A stretch of 64,000 nucleotides of DNA from Lepidodermella squamata. Taxonomy: Eukaryota > Animalia > Gastrotricha. Location of the stretch: the NCBI GenBank assembly GCA_047495785.1, contig JBLDXI010000042.1, positions 434,001-498,000 on the forward strand. Direction: 5' to 3'. Shown one piece after another: positions 12,620 to 25,669 of the stretch; the stretch's first letter is position 1, and each line of letters opens with the position of its first letter. The notes below the pieces were generated by a model, which had not been told where the DNA came from, did not search any database, and saw nothing but the letters and a program-made list of their open reading frames with translations. The position numbers and the translations under genes were made by a program.

Positions 12620-12775
12620 TGCTTCAAGTAGGTATAGTAAAGTAATTCAACTTGTTATTGAAGTGTGAAAACAAATGAATGAAATAAGTTTCGATAGCCG
12701 ATTCGAAAAGCACTCATCCAGTAGCAGCCAGCTGCACATACAATTATCGACAAGATTGGCGTGATGTCTAGACCC
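12620..12775 (-). promoter_or_regulatory. Conserved upstream block of the MAKL family (also 13450-13520, 14400-14562, 26370-26530, 27540-27705, 30145-30310)
   Basis: Shared collinear motif TCTAGAC-TCACG-CAAT...TGTCGAT...TGCAGCTGG...TACTGG-TGAGTGCTTTTCG...TATTTCATT...AACAAGTTGAATTA at a similar distance (~155-170 bp) from the ATG. Confidence 0.7.
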
Positions 12776-14053
12776 GGTAGGCTGAACAAACAAATAGAGA
12801 AGGGGTTCAGGCTGGTGAAATCAGTCGAGCGCTGAGCCAATCGGCGATGACGCTGCCAGGAGGATTCGTTAGAAGTAACTTTCATTGCGGTGTATTTTCT
12901 GGCGAATCCGGAGGTCCCTGAAGGAGCAATGTAAGTAAGGAAGAGAGCATTTCCTAAGGAAGTTCCGATCCGATTGGTGCACGTTTCAACCGATTAGTTT
13001 AAGCTGGAATCTCTCCGCTCGCTGTGATAATCCAGCAAACTCAATGTAAAACATTATTCTCACGACTGGAAAACCAATCAACTTGTTAACAAATGGTTGA
13101 AAGCCTCTGTGAAGATACGGTGTGTGCTACGTGCGCCCTTAAAATAACTTCGGGGCTGGTCAACAATCTCAAGAATCAAATGAAAGCCAAGATCACAATC
13201 TCTTGATGCTTTCTCTGAAGATTCGGGCGGACCTTGAGCTTTGACCTCACGTCTACGAACCCATTCAAGGAGCATGAAAGCACTGGATCCCTGTTGGTTT
13301 CACGAGCTTTGGGTCAAAGAAATGCTAGGATTCAAAGTAAAATACAAAGTATACACAAGCTACTGCCAATTTCATTCAGTAGAGACTAGTAAACTTGAAA
13401 CAAAAAATCAGGAGCTGAGATGATTGAAAAGCACTGTTAGGCCATTCGAAAAGCGCTCATCCAGTCATCATCGAGATGAACATGCAATTGGTCGATGACG
13501 CCAAAGGCCATCCAGACTGTGATGACTGAAGCAACACATGGAATTAGCTCAAGTCTAAACGGTCAAGTTTTTTTGGAATCATAAATAGCATATTCATCCA
13601 AATGTGCACATCAAATGAGCCCCCCGGCGTTACTCTGCAGCAGCTGTTGCCATTTTAAAAACTTTCTGAATTAAAGCGCATTACAGCCCAATTGGCATGC
13701 CAACTTACAATGATTATGAAAACCTGGGGTGCGAAGTATAGGGGCGCTGGGGTGTTACGACACCACAGCTCCGATAATCCCTCCAGAGGAATGTTGAAAA
13801 ACCATAGGGGGACCCTTTGTTTCTTCTGCTGGAGAACACTTCAGCTCCTGGATCCTACTTCCTAATGAAATCTCAAATGAATATGGGGAATATGAGACTA
13901 CGCATGTTACACACTGCTGATTTTATTGAACAGGCAAACGTGGGAGTTATAAATATCAGCAGCCATATCCAGATTCTCACGTGACATCGCTCTGCTTGCG
14001 GTAGCTTGCAGCAGTCACCTCATCCTTTTCGTCACGCCCTTGTTGCCAAATCA

Positions 14054-14396
14054 TCAATTCGCAGCTCTACACAGACGAAATTTTTCACCATTTTTGAAGT
14101 TGAGCGTCCTCCATACGCCTTTGCTGCCATCTGGTCTCTTACATTCCTCGCGGGCTTCTTCCTCCGGTTGCCATTCTGCTTCGCGACCGCCACCTGTGTG
14201 GAAGCAAACTGTGCCCGTTTTGCCATTGATTGTAATTGTTTTCCACTCGCCTGGCCTGCCTCTCCCATCAAAGCATTTGCCACCGGCAACTGCTGCAGCA
14301 ACGAGAGCAGCCTATTAAGTTAAACACGTGGAATCAATGGTTAAAGAATTGGTTCATGCTTACGAAAACAGCGATAATTAAAACCAGCTTTGTCAT
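14054..14396 (-). CDS. MAKL-family secreted two-peptide precursor, 96 aa (exons 14396-14364, 14311-14054)
   Basis: MTKLVLIIAVF|AALVAAAVAG-GKCFDGRGRPGEWKTITINGKTGTVCFHTGGG-REAEWQPEEEAR-EECKRPDGSKGVWRTLNFKNGEKFRLCRAAN*; GTAAGC...TAATAG intron. Confidence 0.9.
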
Positions 14397-15998
14397 GATA
14401 TGATTCGAGCTTTGAAGTATAATAATTCAACTTGTTATGATAAGGGAATAAAAACGAATGAAATAATATTTGTAAGAATTCTCGAAGAGCACTCATCGAG
14501 TAGCCAACCAGCTAAACATACACTTGATAGCCGTGTCGATGATTGACGCGTGGCGTCTAGACTATTGTGCTGTCTATACTGAACTAACATAATATGAGGG
14601 GAGTAGGAAAGTAGTTAATCTAGAGAAGCTGGGAAGAACGCGCCGACCCTGTTATTCCATGTTTCAGTCGAACCGTTCATCAACCGATCAGATATACGCT
14701 GGAAGCTGGAATCACTAACAGCCACTATCGGCTACCTACCTTTCCCTATGGATCTTCCGAAGTGGAAAATCCACAAGGGGGCCCTTTGGGCCCGAAAAGC
14801 CCCTGGTTCGAGGATCCTACTTCGCGCACTGGGACCGATTGAACTGGCAGGGATGATCCTCACCATCCCTCTCTGGGCAAAATAGTGCCGTGACTTCATG
14901 AATATCGCCGGCCGCTGCACCGGCGAAGATCAACTACTGGTTTCCGCTGGCAACCAACAGATGCAGATTGCATTCAATCCCAATATCCCGAATCGATCGA
15001 TTTCAGCTACACTCACAGGCAATTTACGCTTAATCTCTATTTACGGGTAAAATTTGAGCGCGTTTACGGGTAAAACCTCTCAATAAAAATGACGCGTAAA
15101 TATTGCCTAATTTTACGCTTAAATATCTTTTACGCTTCAATATTGACCTAAATTTACGCGTTAATATCCCGACTAGGCAGACATTAACGCGTAAACCCTC
15201 AATCAAACGTTATTATTGATATTATTCTGAAATGAATCTCGGGAAAATTCCTCTACTTGCGCACATGAGGAATAAACTCAACAAAAAGACCATTGATTAT
15301 ACGAAGCGTGTTTTATTTCAGGTTAAACGTGGTATTTGAATTTTTTCTTAATTAATTTTCCAGCGTGTTTCTAGGTTTAATTAATATGTTGTTTTGTTTA
15401 ATAAAAATGCATTAAAATACAAGAGAGATTTTTTACATTTTTGCTTTATAATTTGAAATCCTTCGATGAGCGCACGTTTCATACAAAATATAGGTGATGA
15501 TACACGAAATCAAAGGAAGAATGAGAAAGAATGAGGAGAAGTCACAACGGGAAGAAGAAGACACATGTAGTAGTATACAGAGATATTATTATTCTCGATT
15601 AAAAAATTGAATATTTACAATTTGAATTTTTCCCTAACAAAAAGGCTTATATAATAACAGCATAAATACAGTATGATACAATAATATTATGGAGGAGACG
15701 CGACCACATGGAAAATACACCGCTCAAAACAGAAAAATATCTACACTAGACGCCATAAAACATAAAGCATGAAACGGAATAACAATGTTTATTGTCGCTG
15801 GATAAATTAAGGCGTTGAATTTCGTTGAATATAGTTTGAAGAGGAGTGTTCGGAAGATTATTTTGCAAAAACGATTCGAGCTAACAACTAATAAATTGGA
15901 AGCAACGAGAGTTTAGAAATCAGCGAAATTATTTTGAACTATCGGATGTATGTTGTGTACTATTTGGATAATATGAGACGAACATGAGGCAAAAACAG

Positions 15999-17481
15999 CT
16001 ACTGCTTACGCTGCCGAGTTGCTCGCGGAGCCGCTTCAGCCGTATCTTGTTTCGACGCTCCCCCACGTTTACGGCAGCCAATTTTGATTACGGGGGTACT
16101 GCTGGTATTTGCCTTCTGGCCGTCGCTGCTGCCAGGAATCTCGACTAGAATCATCTCCGTAGCTGTGTTGAGCGACTCGGGCAAGTTATTATCCACAGCT
16201 GGCATATTCTTCTCCAAGCCAGGCGTTGGCATTGAAATTGGAGCCAGGCGACGCACAGCGTAGTCCACGGGGGCCATTTGAAAAGTTGGCTGCTGGTAGG
16301 TCTGAGGGTTGATCGGGGTGAGAACGGCGTAGGTGGGCGTGGAAGAACTGCTAGACTGCACGAGGTCCGCCGGCACGTGTTGATAAGGCGCTTGCGGATG
16401 AAATTCCGAGAATTCACCCATTTCCGGCATTTCGGCGGCTGTCGGAAAGATTCCGCTCACGTTGCCGCTGAGAGAATCAGCGCGATTTTCATCACCCGAG
16501 GGTGCTCGCTGGATTAAAAAAGCTGGCTGTTCTGGTGTCGAAATAGCCGGTGTTTGAGATGTAGGTGTTGACTGGAGAAATAGGGTGGGCGGAGGCTGCA
16601 AGGGAGTCAGAGTAGGGCGCTGGTGGCGAGTATTGAACCCGCAATTTTCCCGCATGCGTATGGCAGAGGTAATCTTGTCGAATACCGGGGGCTGGAAAAA
16701 TAGAAAAATGACTATAAATTCACTATCCAAGTTGTAGGCGAACTCACCCTTGCATTCGAGCGACCGTCCGTAAGCACCGGAATCCCGGGGATTGCTGGGT
16801 AGTTGAGGAGCAGGGTGTCGAAGAAATTGGCGAACATAATTCGCCGTTGCACTGGGTTGCCAACATTTCGAGGAACAAATTTCCTGTAATAAAAAATGCA
16901 TATAAAACAAAATTCAAAAATTCAAAATTATTACACAATTTCAAAATTTATCATAATAATTAATTAGTGATTACCAAAATTTTATTTCGAAAAATTTCTC
17001 AAATCTTTCAATCAAAATTTCTAAATCATAAGCTTCAATTTTTTACAGATGATCCATGATTAATCCCCACTCCCCACATTTTACATTTTAATAAAAAATT
17101 CAGAAAATAAACAAAATATATAATAATTTCCATACAATTGCTACGATTTTATAATCAATTTTCTAAAAATTTCTGAAACATTTCTATCGAAGAAAACTAT
17201 TTTTACATTTTAAATAAATTGAAAATTAAATTAAAAATTAAAAATTGATTTCCATGATAAAAAAAATGATGAAAAAATAGTACTTACCATAGGTAATTCG
17301 TGATTTCGTTGCGAAACGATTTTTGAGCCTTCACTGAAACGTCGTGGCCATCAGCGAAAGCGCGGCCCAGTTCAGAAAGCTCGTCAGGTCGTGGGAAACA
17401 CGTGGGGAAGTTGAAATCGCGCAATTCAGGCGGCAAAAGCGCTGCGTGTTGCTTCTGTTGCTTCTTCGTATAACGATCCAT
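15999..17481 (-). CDS. Transposon accessory protein (ORF2); exons 17481-17288, 16883-~16748, ~16691-15999
   Basis: Three phase-compatible GT-AG exons (MDRYTKK...NYLW|KFVPRNVGNP...SNAR|PPVFDKITSAIR...); P/S/T/Q-rich tail ending in a basic NLS-like RKRGG...RQRKQ. Confidence 0.7.
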
Positions 17482-17531
17482 GACAAAAAAATGAAATTAA
17501 CAATCGACTCCTAAAAAAATAATTTATTGAA

Positions 17532-20500
17532 TTATTCGGTTTCGATTAAAAACAACACCCTTGGGGTTGCTAATAACAATAAGCGGTCTGCCTTACGCAG
17601 TACCGGCCAAGGGAAGCTAATTTGAGACAGAGGAGCTAAGATGGATTTGCCACCATAAGACACAATTTGATACGAATTAGTTCCCATAAAATAATTGCAA
17701 TTCGCTTCCAGTAGTCGAACTAAAATTTCACCGTCGCTGCGGTTATATACAAAGTGTTCAATTTTAAAAAAAATAAGCTCGCAGCCGTTAGCCAGGACGA
17801 TGTCATTCGAGTTGAACGTCGATCCGCGCCAGGTAACCGATTCGATTACAGCGTGATCGATTCCCAGCATAGCCACGTCCTTTCGACCATCCACAGCTTT
17901 TCCAATGGACTCGATTTCTCGGATTTGATTTTTCGATTCGAGGCCGAATTTGACCAGACGATACGCCAAGAAATCGGCCACTGATTTTGGCATATTAACG
18001 AAATTTCGCCAAGGTTTTAGCGAAATCGGCGCGTATGTGGCTTCCCACCTAAAAAATGGAGCAGGCAAATTAAAGTAAAATACAATGATGACCGATATTA
18101 TTTTCAGTTTGATAAAATTGGGCAGTTTCCACACGGGCATTGAGGACAGAATGATAACAGTAGAAATTCGCGCCCAAGTTTTGAAACGGCAATTAATTTT
18201 AGAAATCGAGAAAAAATTCGTAAAATGCCACCTTAACTTCTCGTTCAATAAAATACATGCAAAATGCGATCGTAAAAGTTTTTCCATGTAAAAGTTCGGG
18301 GAAATAAGAATAACCATGGTTATTAATGATCCCGCTTCTCTACACGTTTCATTTCATCGCTGACTGGAATCGCTGAATTTTGTTTGAATATTCCCGAATT
18401 TCAGTTATATTCTCGAATAATGTAGATATTGTTGTCTGGAAAAAAATCCATCGAAAAAATGAAGAAATCCAGTAATTACACCACAAATTTCGAAAAATCA
18501 AATAATTTTAAAAGGGCCAGGCAAATTTAACAAAATATTTAGCTAATCTCGAAGAACTAGCGAATAATTGTAAACTCAACATTAGAAATAACCTTACCTC
18601 ATGGCCCAGTAATTTCGAGCCGGGCCGAATTCCAACATTTGTGGAACGAAGTGTAGACTCCAGTGATGCTTGGCGACTTGTTTCGATTTAGGGTAGGCTT
18701 TCTTGAACGCGATGTGATGAGCAGTAGTTAGAGCTTTGACTTGCTCAATTGATTTCTGATCAATGATGGGCGAAAGAATGAGTTGAACCATCAAAGCCAG
18801 CTGGAGGATCGACGCGAATTGAACGCAGTCGGTTGGTAGGACTCGTTCAAGGGCGAGTGGCAGGTAGACCAGCAGTAGCAGATGCTCGATTCCTTTCCCG
18901 ATTGGGGAGTAATCCGTCTTCTTGACCAACGGCAACTTGTGCTTGGCGAGAAACGTCTTGAACGAGGCCAATTTATCGGCGAGTTGCTGGAAATTGATCA
19001 CTTTCTCGACATTGATTAGCCAGTTGAAAATCAGGCGAATTTCTCGAACGACAACGCCCTATATAAGCTTATTATTAGAAACCAACATAATATTAATATT
19101 TTATTGAACTGGTACCTGCAAGAATACATGAAAAGCATCAAAGAGATGCTGCTTGAAGCTGAAAATCGGCATGTCGAACAGCGCACTTCGGAAGTGCAAG
19201 CCGAAAATGCTCCTCAGCCTTTCACGTTCTTTTGGATTGCGGGCATTTTGGATACGCCTCAGCTGCGCGATGATGCTACCGCGAGTTCGCACGAATTTAT
19301 CGGCAACACAAACATGAGCTGATGATTCGAAAATAATTTCAATCAATTTTCAATCAATTTTAAAAATTTGGAATATCACAGATTTTGATAAATTTGAATA
19401 GTTTAAACAAAATTCACCAAAAATAAAGGAGAATCGAGCTTTAATTTGATATAAATAAACCGTAGTTCTGAATTCATAGGGAAATATTTGGGAATTTAAA
19501 ATTATTGAAAATAAAAAGAAAATTCATAACTTACGTATTTGACTGCCGCCGATCATGCATTGCGAGCATAAGGACTTCATGTAGAAACCGAATGATGCGA
19601 ACATGCCAAGGATTTCGTGGCAAGCCTTGCCGTCACCCAGAAGGGCGAGGAACTGCACACCCACTCTGATCTTGCAACCAGGAATTTCAATGCCGTTGAG
19701 ACAAAGGTCACGCATCGCTTCCAGAAAATCGGACAGAACCACACGCCAAGGTTTGTCGCCGCCAAACTTGAATTCTTTCGCGTTAGCTATGGCTAGCGGC
19801 ACGTGCGAAGTGATTCGCGAACGGATATACTGCCAGAGGTTAGAAGGTTGCCATTGAATTATTCGCATCAAGTTGCTTCCGCGGCGGGCACCTGAAAAAA
19901 AGTCGTAAAAGTTTCGTAAAAGTCATACCTTCTGGCCAGAAAAATTTCAGAAAAATTCGAAAAAATCACGAAAAAAGTAATTAGGTATGTCACTTCTTAA
20001 TGAGATTAAAAACGTTCGGAAAAATTTGAATTTGTTGACGGAAAATTAACGAATCAGTTATCGTCGGGGTTTTCCGGCTTTTCTCCGGTAAATTTTCTAT
20101 TTCTTCGGTTAAATCGCGGATAAAAGATGGAATTTTCTCTCGGTAGGTTCAATTGTAAAAAATTGTTGAATTTCCTACAACAAGCTGGCAAATTAAAAAA
20201 TTGTTGCACAAATTCTGGGACACTACATAAAAAAAATGCGAGGTGTTCAACTAAAACAATCATCTCAAATTCACTGAACCGGAACCCCGATTTAAAATAG
20301 ACCCTGTAATACATATCAAGCCAAATTTGATCGTGAATAACTCATATAATAGTTCAGAAATTTTATCGAAATGCAATTTATCAATTTTAGAATTTATTGG
20401 AGATTTATTTTCTATTTTCAAGGAATTTGTTTAAAAAAATGACAGATTTTTGAAAATATATAAATCGAAAATACACTCACCTAAAGCGTTTGTCATCCCA

Positions 20501-21390
20501 AGATCATCGAGGTGAAGCATTATTCCGATGCAAGTGTCAAAGCCACTCTGCTTTTGAATGTCTTGAAAAAATGGAGCGTGACAGAAGTCGGTCATTGCTC
20601 CATCGACTGGCGGTTTCACCGGGTTGAAAATTTGCTGTTGAACAGCAGGCATTTTGAGAACAGCTTTCAGCGTGGGCAGAAAAGGTATGACGTAGCCTTT
20701 GTTTTTCGACGGGAATACAACCGGCACGGGCTTGATCAGTTGGCCGGTGTTGCTGAAATACCGCTCTCTGCTACGCTCGGTTTTCATCGGGCCGAGTAGT
20801 TGTGCCGCAGGGAAGTGGCCGTATCGACGAAGTTGATTCAATCGACCCGCGACGTATCGGTCGATTTCCGTCAACATGCTTCCGCTGATGCGCATGTCAA
20901 GGCAATCTGACACAACTTCATTAAAGTTTTCAGTATCGACATCTCGACGCTCGAGTTGATTTCGGGTGTATCGCACAGGTAGATTCGACGTAGGAACAAA
21001 GTTCGACGTGGGCACAACCAAGGGCGCGAGGTCATCTTCAGGTGAATCGGGCACGGAAATATCCGGAACGCCGACCGGAAACATCTGATCACCCTGAAGC
21101 GATTGCGGCAGAGGCGGCATAGGTAGAGCGACCGAGTCGATTTTTTGCAATTTAACCGGGGCATCGCAGTTGCTTACGTGGATTTTGAAGTCGTGCAAAT
21201 AACTGATGCTTGATGTCTGATTGCAATCTCGGGGACAACGAAAATTCAGAGCCAGCCGAAACGAATCGGGATGCTGTTGCCGCAGATGACTTTCCAAAGT
21301 CGACATCACATGATGAGCAAATTTACAGCCTGAAACCGGGCAGATGAACTGGATAGAAAAGTCCGGGAGTCGTCTCTTACGACCCGCCAT
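17532..21390 (-). CDS. CMC/EnSpm-type DDE transposase, ~815 aa; exons 21390-20481, 19891-19535, 19318-19116, 19058-18598, 18048-17532
   Basis: Spliced length 2448 nt, open. N-terminal C2H2 finger (CPVSGC...HLRQQH); motifs 'LHLDDLGMTNALG', 'LGDGKACH...CSQC', 'DAFHVFLQGVV', 'KHHWSLHF...FGP...WAMRWE' typical of animal EnSpm-like transposases. Confidence 0.88.
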
Positions 21391-24300
21391 TATAGTGAAA
21401 ATTCTCTAGCATGCGAATATAAAAATTAAGCATTTAAATAAATTCACGAAAATTGTGCTTAGAAAAAAATCAAGTATATGAAAATTTTTTTCAAAAAGTT
21501 GGGTATCTTAAGGTGGCTGTGGGAAGCAGCTGAAGTTCAATTTAGGGCTAAGGTGGTCCCTGAAGAAAAATTATAGGAACGCCTATTATGCTTTTTTCAA
21601 AAATTATGTAAATTAAATTAAATAACGTCGTCTTGATAGCTTTGTTTGGCCGTATGAAAGCGGTAAAAAATCAGGCCGGCTTTCTATAGCAGCCGACGCC
21701 GTGAAAACGACAAATTGAAAAGTGAGAAAATAACCGTAAATTATTAAAAAATGATATAAAACTTTACGTGCTTACATGCTTAAAAATTTTCCGAAATATC
21801 AACTTCAAAATTGTTATTAATAAAAATGAACGACGGCAGCATTACCTACCCAACTTGATTATAGCAAAAGTAAACAGAACATTTTTACCAGCTTTTAGCG
21901 GAGCCGAATTTCGGTGAAAAATTAAAAATATGCAATAATTTGAGACAACTCATCCGCGGCAGAGCGGCCGGGCGGGACAAGTTGCAACCGGATGATTCCG
22001 CTCAAAATTTAATTCGCTGCAATTTTCAAATTTTTTACTGAAATTTAGTTCCGCTAAAAGCTGGTGAAAAAATTCTGCAAAAAGCAAATTTGGTACCGCT
22101 ATAAGGAGAGATATAAGGAGAGATATAAGGAGAGAATAGAGCCAAATGTGTCTCTCTTACCAGCAAAATCATGCGGGCGAAAAATAATCTGAGCTAAAAC
22201 ATGTAAATACAACCGAGCTAAAAAAAATTTCCAGTTGGATTTCGGGAACGAAACTGCAACCCTGAAATTTGAAGCAGTATACCTTAAAAGCTATTAAGAA
22301 AATTTTGGCGAAATTGAAACGTGATAAAATTCAGATGTTTGTCAAAGAATTAATTAAAAATCCTGATTTTCAAGAAAGAAATCAGAAGCACGTAACAACG
22401 GCGCAGGCCGAATAACGCGAAAACCTAGAAATAAACATGGTGAAATAATAATGATATGCATTGATGAGCATGCAATCTGGGGATACACAGCCGAGGGGAG
22501 AGCAATAACGTTTCAGGTCATAATGTCTAATAATGTAATGAAATCACCGGTCAGGTAGTTCGGCGTTAAATTAGGCATTGCAGCCAGCAACCGGAGGGCA
22601 GCAGTTCAGCTCCGCCCATCCGCCGGCTGCAAGGCAGAACAAGGTGTCCACATTTTGGCGCCAATATTTTGAATTCGAATTTGGCGCCTAGATTTTACGA
22701 TAAAACGACGCGCGCATTGGGCTGGGCGCGCCGAACCACAACTTCACGCCTCCGCAGTTTTTCACGCCGCGCACGTGGCAACAACTTCACGCTGCGTGTG
22801 ACTCGCGCGACCCGAGCGACGTGTACACTCTCATTAAATGTCAATTACTTGCCGTGAAGTACTGATCCAGGTTTTGCAGGTCAACACCGTCAGCCACCTG
22901 TTAAATTAACAGCGGCCGCTTTGCGGCTCGTTAAAAGACCGGCGGCTAACACGCCCTGCAATCAAGACTTTTCATCTCTCCGTTGCAAACAGGTATTGCA
23001 GGTGTTGCCCTTTTCCTATTATTGTAGTCTGTTTTTATTTCCGGCCGCAGTGATAAAGGCTGGTGAAATGATGTGATAAAAAGTGATGAAAAAAATGGGT
23101 ACAGGTTGAGTGGCGCATTAGGAATACCGCGCATCAAATCAAATTTGCCAGCGCCTCAGTTTGTTGCATCATAAAGGACGAGCCGCCGCGCGCGCACAAA
23201 GGCGCCGCTTTTAGCCGCGCGTCAGTTACAAAGGCTGTGCGCTGCCAGCATTTGAAATTTTGAACTTGTCGAGCGTTCATGTTTTATTCACTATTTTCAT
23301 CGTGTTTGAATCTCGTTACCATCAGCTCTAACCAGATTAATTTACAAATTAATATCTCTGATATCATCATCATCATCATCGCCATCATCGGACGGTTGGT
23401 TATTTCATTGCCCTATTTTATTTTATTGCCTCGTATTCGGCTTGTTTAATACAGGAAAAATAACACAGCGACAAGGTTAGCCATCATTAATTCAAAACGT
23501 GTATTACAACAATTTTCATTATTCGTTTATCACTTCATGCACCGCTAATACTTGATACACCTATTTGCACTGTTTCATCACTTATCTATCACTTTATATC
23601 TATTGCTTTATTGCACGTTTTGCACGGATTAAAGCCGCGCCGCGCTTTTGAAGTTTATTGTGCTGTTATATGCGGCGCGACCGTCTCATTATGTTAAAAT
23701 TGATGGCATTTGAGATGTTTCCTGATAGCTTTTATCGAAAAACAATTCAATTATTACTGAAAATTCAGCGTTGCTCAATCATCGTTGAATTTGATTTAAT
23801 TTGAATTAATGGGGAAAATGACAAAATTACCAAAATTCAGAAAAATTTAGGAAAACACTTTTGCATACCGAATGTTCGCCCTAGATTTTGCGTTATAGTA
23901 AATTTTAGCAAATAAATACTACCTAATAAGTCGCGCGCGCGCGCGCCTGTAAAACTAAGTAATTTAGACGCGCGCAAAAATATAGGCCGAATAGCGCACG
24001 TTATTATCATCACTTCCACGCAATAAATCCTGAATTTATTTATTCTCCGGCGTTTCATTTCCAAACAGCAATGTTTTATTTCTTTTTATTACTTTCTATG
24101 ACTGTTTTCTGTTTCTCTCATCAGAGGAAAATAAGATAAGTTTTGATGAAGTCATCGCTCATCTTCAATTACCAGCGCCAGGTCGACAGGCGCGTGCGGC
24201 CGCACGAACGATTAATAGAGGAACGCCGCGCTAAAACCTTCCTGTTGAAAAAACATAAATGATGAAAATGATGATAATGATGAAAAAGTGGGAAAGCGAG

Positions 24301-25015
24301 AGATAATGATGATATAAATTACGTCAGCGATAATAATGACCTCGAATAATTAATGCGTAAAACGAATGATAATTAGACCCACATTTTCTGCGTAAAATTT
24401 GCCGAGTTTACTCGTAAAATTGAAACTAATTTTACGCTTAAAATATTAATCTTATACGCGTAAAGCTTGAACGATTTACGCTTAAACATTTTCGCGCAAT
24501 TTTACGGGTAAAATCACGCACCTACGATTTTAAGCGTAAAAGCAAGACAATTTAGGGGTAAAATATTCGAAATACGCTTACGCTTAAAATTATGCGCATT
24601 TACGCCTAAAAAGCCTCTCAGTGTAGATTTGAATTTGCCTGTGATTCTGATAGATCGCGAACCCACCCATACTTAGTCTTCCTGTCCTCATTCGTTTATC
24701 ATTCCTCGTCTCCGTTGGTTACCTACTTCATATGGACAATTCTCACACATGTAGTTGTTTCTTTTCCGACCTAACCAAGTGAGCTGGGATATGCGACAGC
24801 CATCACCCCCAGGGGCTTCGTAGGCACTGAATTACATGAGGGAATCTATTAGCTTCTGCAGGCTAAGCCAGTTCAGTGACTGTTGTCCTTATCCAGGCCG
24901 AACGCCGTCCTACTTGTTGATACTGATACTGATACTGATACTGTTTTATTTTGCAATTGTTTTCGCACTTCAATTACGAGTTGAATTATTTTACTAAAAC
25001 TACTCGAAACATATC

Positions 25016-25325
25016 ATGTCTTGGCGAAGCTTGGTTTAATTATCGCTGTTTTTGTAAGTTGAAATATGCTGGATCATTAATTCATTCTAAACTAATATCT
25101 TCATCAACAGGCTGCTCTCGTAGTGGCAGCAGTTCACGCTGAATCGCAGCCGGAAGAAGCGTAGTAAATGCGTCGAGCCGAGGTATCTGCCTACAATTCT
25201 ACTCCACGTCCCTACCGCCATTGCAGCCGGCAACACCAGATCCAGCTAGCCCCAAGGAATGTACGAACGAGAAAGGCGAGAAAGGTGTATTGAAAACGGT
25301 CCAACAAGGATTTCCTGATGCATGA
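25016..25325 (+). pseudogene. MAKL-family pseudogene (paralog of 30312-30668)
   Basis: 5-nt insertion after the ATG (ATG-tcttg-GCGAAGCTT), premature TAG TAA after ESQPEEA; residual CTNEKGEKGVLKTVQQGFP module; 3' end lost. Confidence 0.85.
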
Positions 25326-25669
25326 AGCTCGTTTTGGAATCACTTCTACTCATAAAGCATTGCTGCCCAATTTAAAAAATTAATACGAAAATCCGATTGA
25401 ACCATGTGTGACAAATTGATGAATTAGAGAAAGCATGAATCATATTATCCAAAAAACGTGAGGTATTCGCAGGATGTGGCTTCCTATCGCTATGAAATCT
25501 CAAATGAATAGGGGCCATAATTCGGTACTACGCCTGCTAAACACTGCTGATTTTATTAAACACAGACAGGCACATACACATCAGCAGCAATGTCCCGATG
25601 CTCACGTGATATCGCCCTGCTCGCCGTAGCTTGCAGCAGCCGCCTCAGCACGCCCTTGTTGTCAGATCA

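Larger units (their letters stand above)
15010..24623 (-). mobile_element. Full-length CMC/EnSpm (CACTA-like) DNA transposon, 9,614 bp
   Basis: Termini CACTCACAGGC / GCCTCTCAGTG; TA TSD at 15008-15009 and 24624-24625; dense subterminal TTTACG(C/G) repeats at ~15020-15200 and ~24350-24610; encodes a DDE transposase and a second gene. Confidence 0.9.

Noticed and set aside
13976-14056. SECIS / selenocysteine read-through: the intact genes with the stem-loop end in TGA, and three stem-loop copies loosely fit (A)TGA-N12-AA...GA
   Set aside because: The element is only ~20-40 nt from the UGA, shorter than normally required; the other three copies lack both AA and GA; helix II would need bulges. 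A SECISearch run would settle it.
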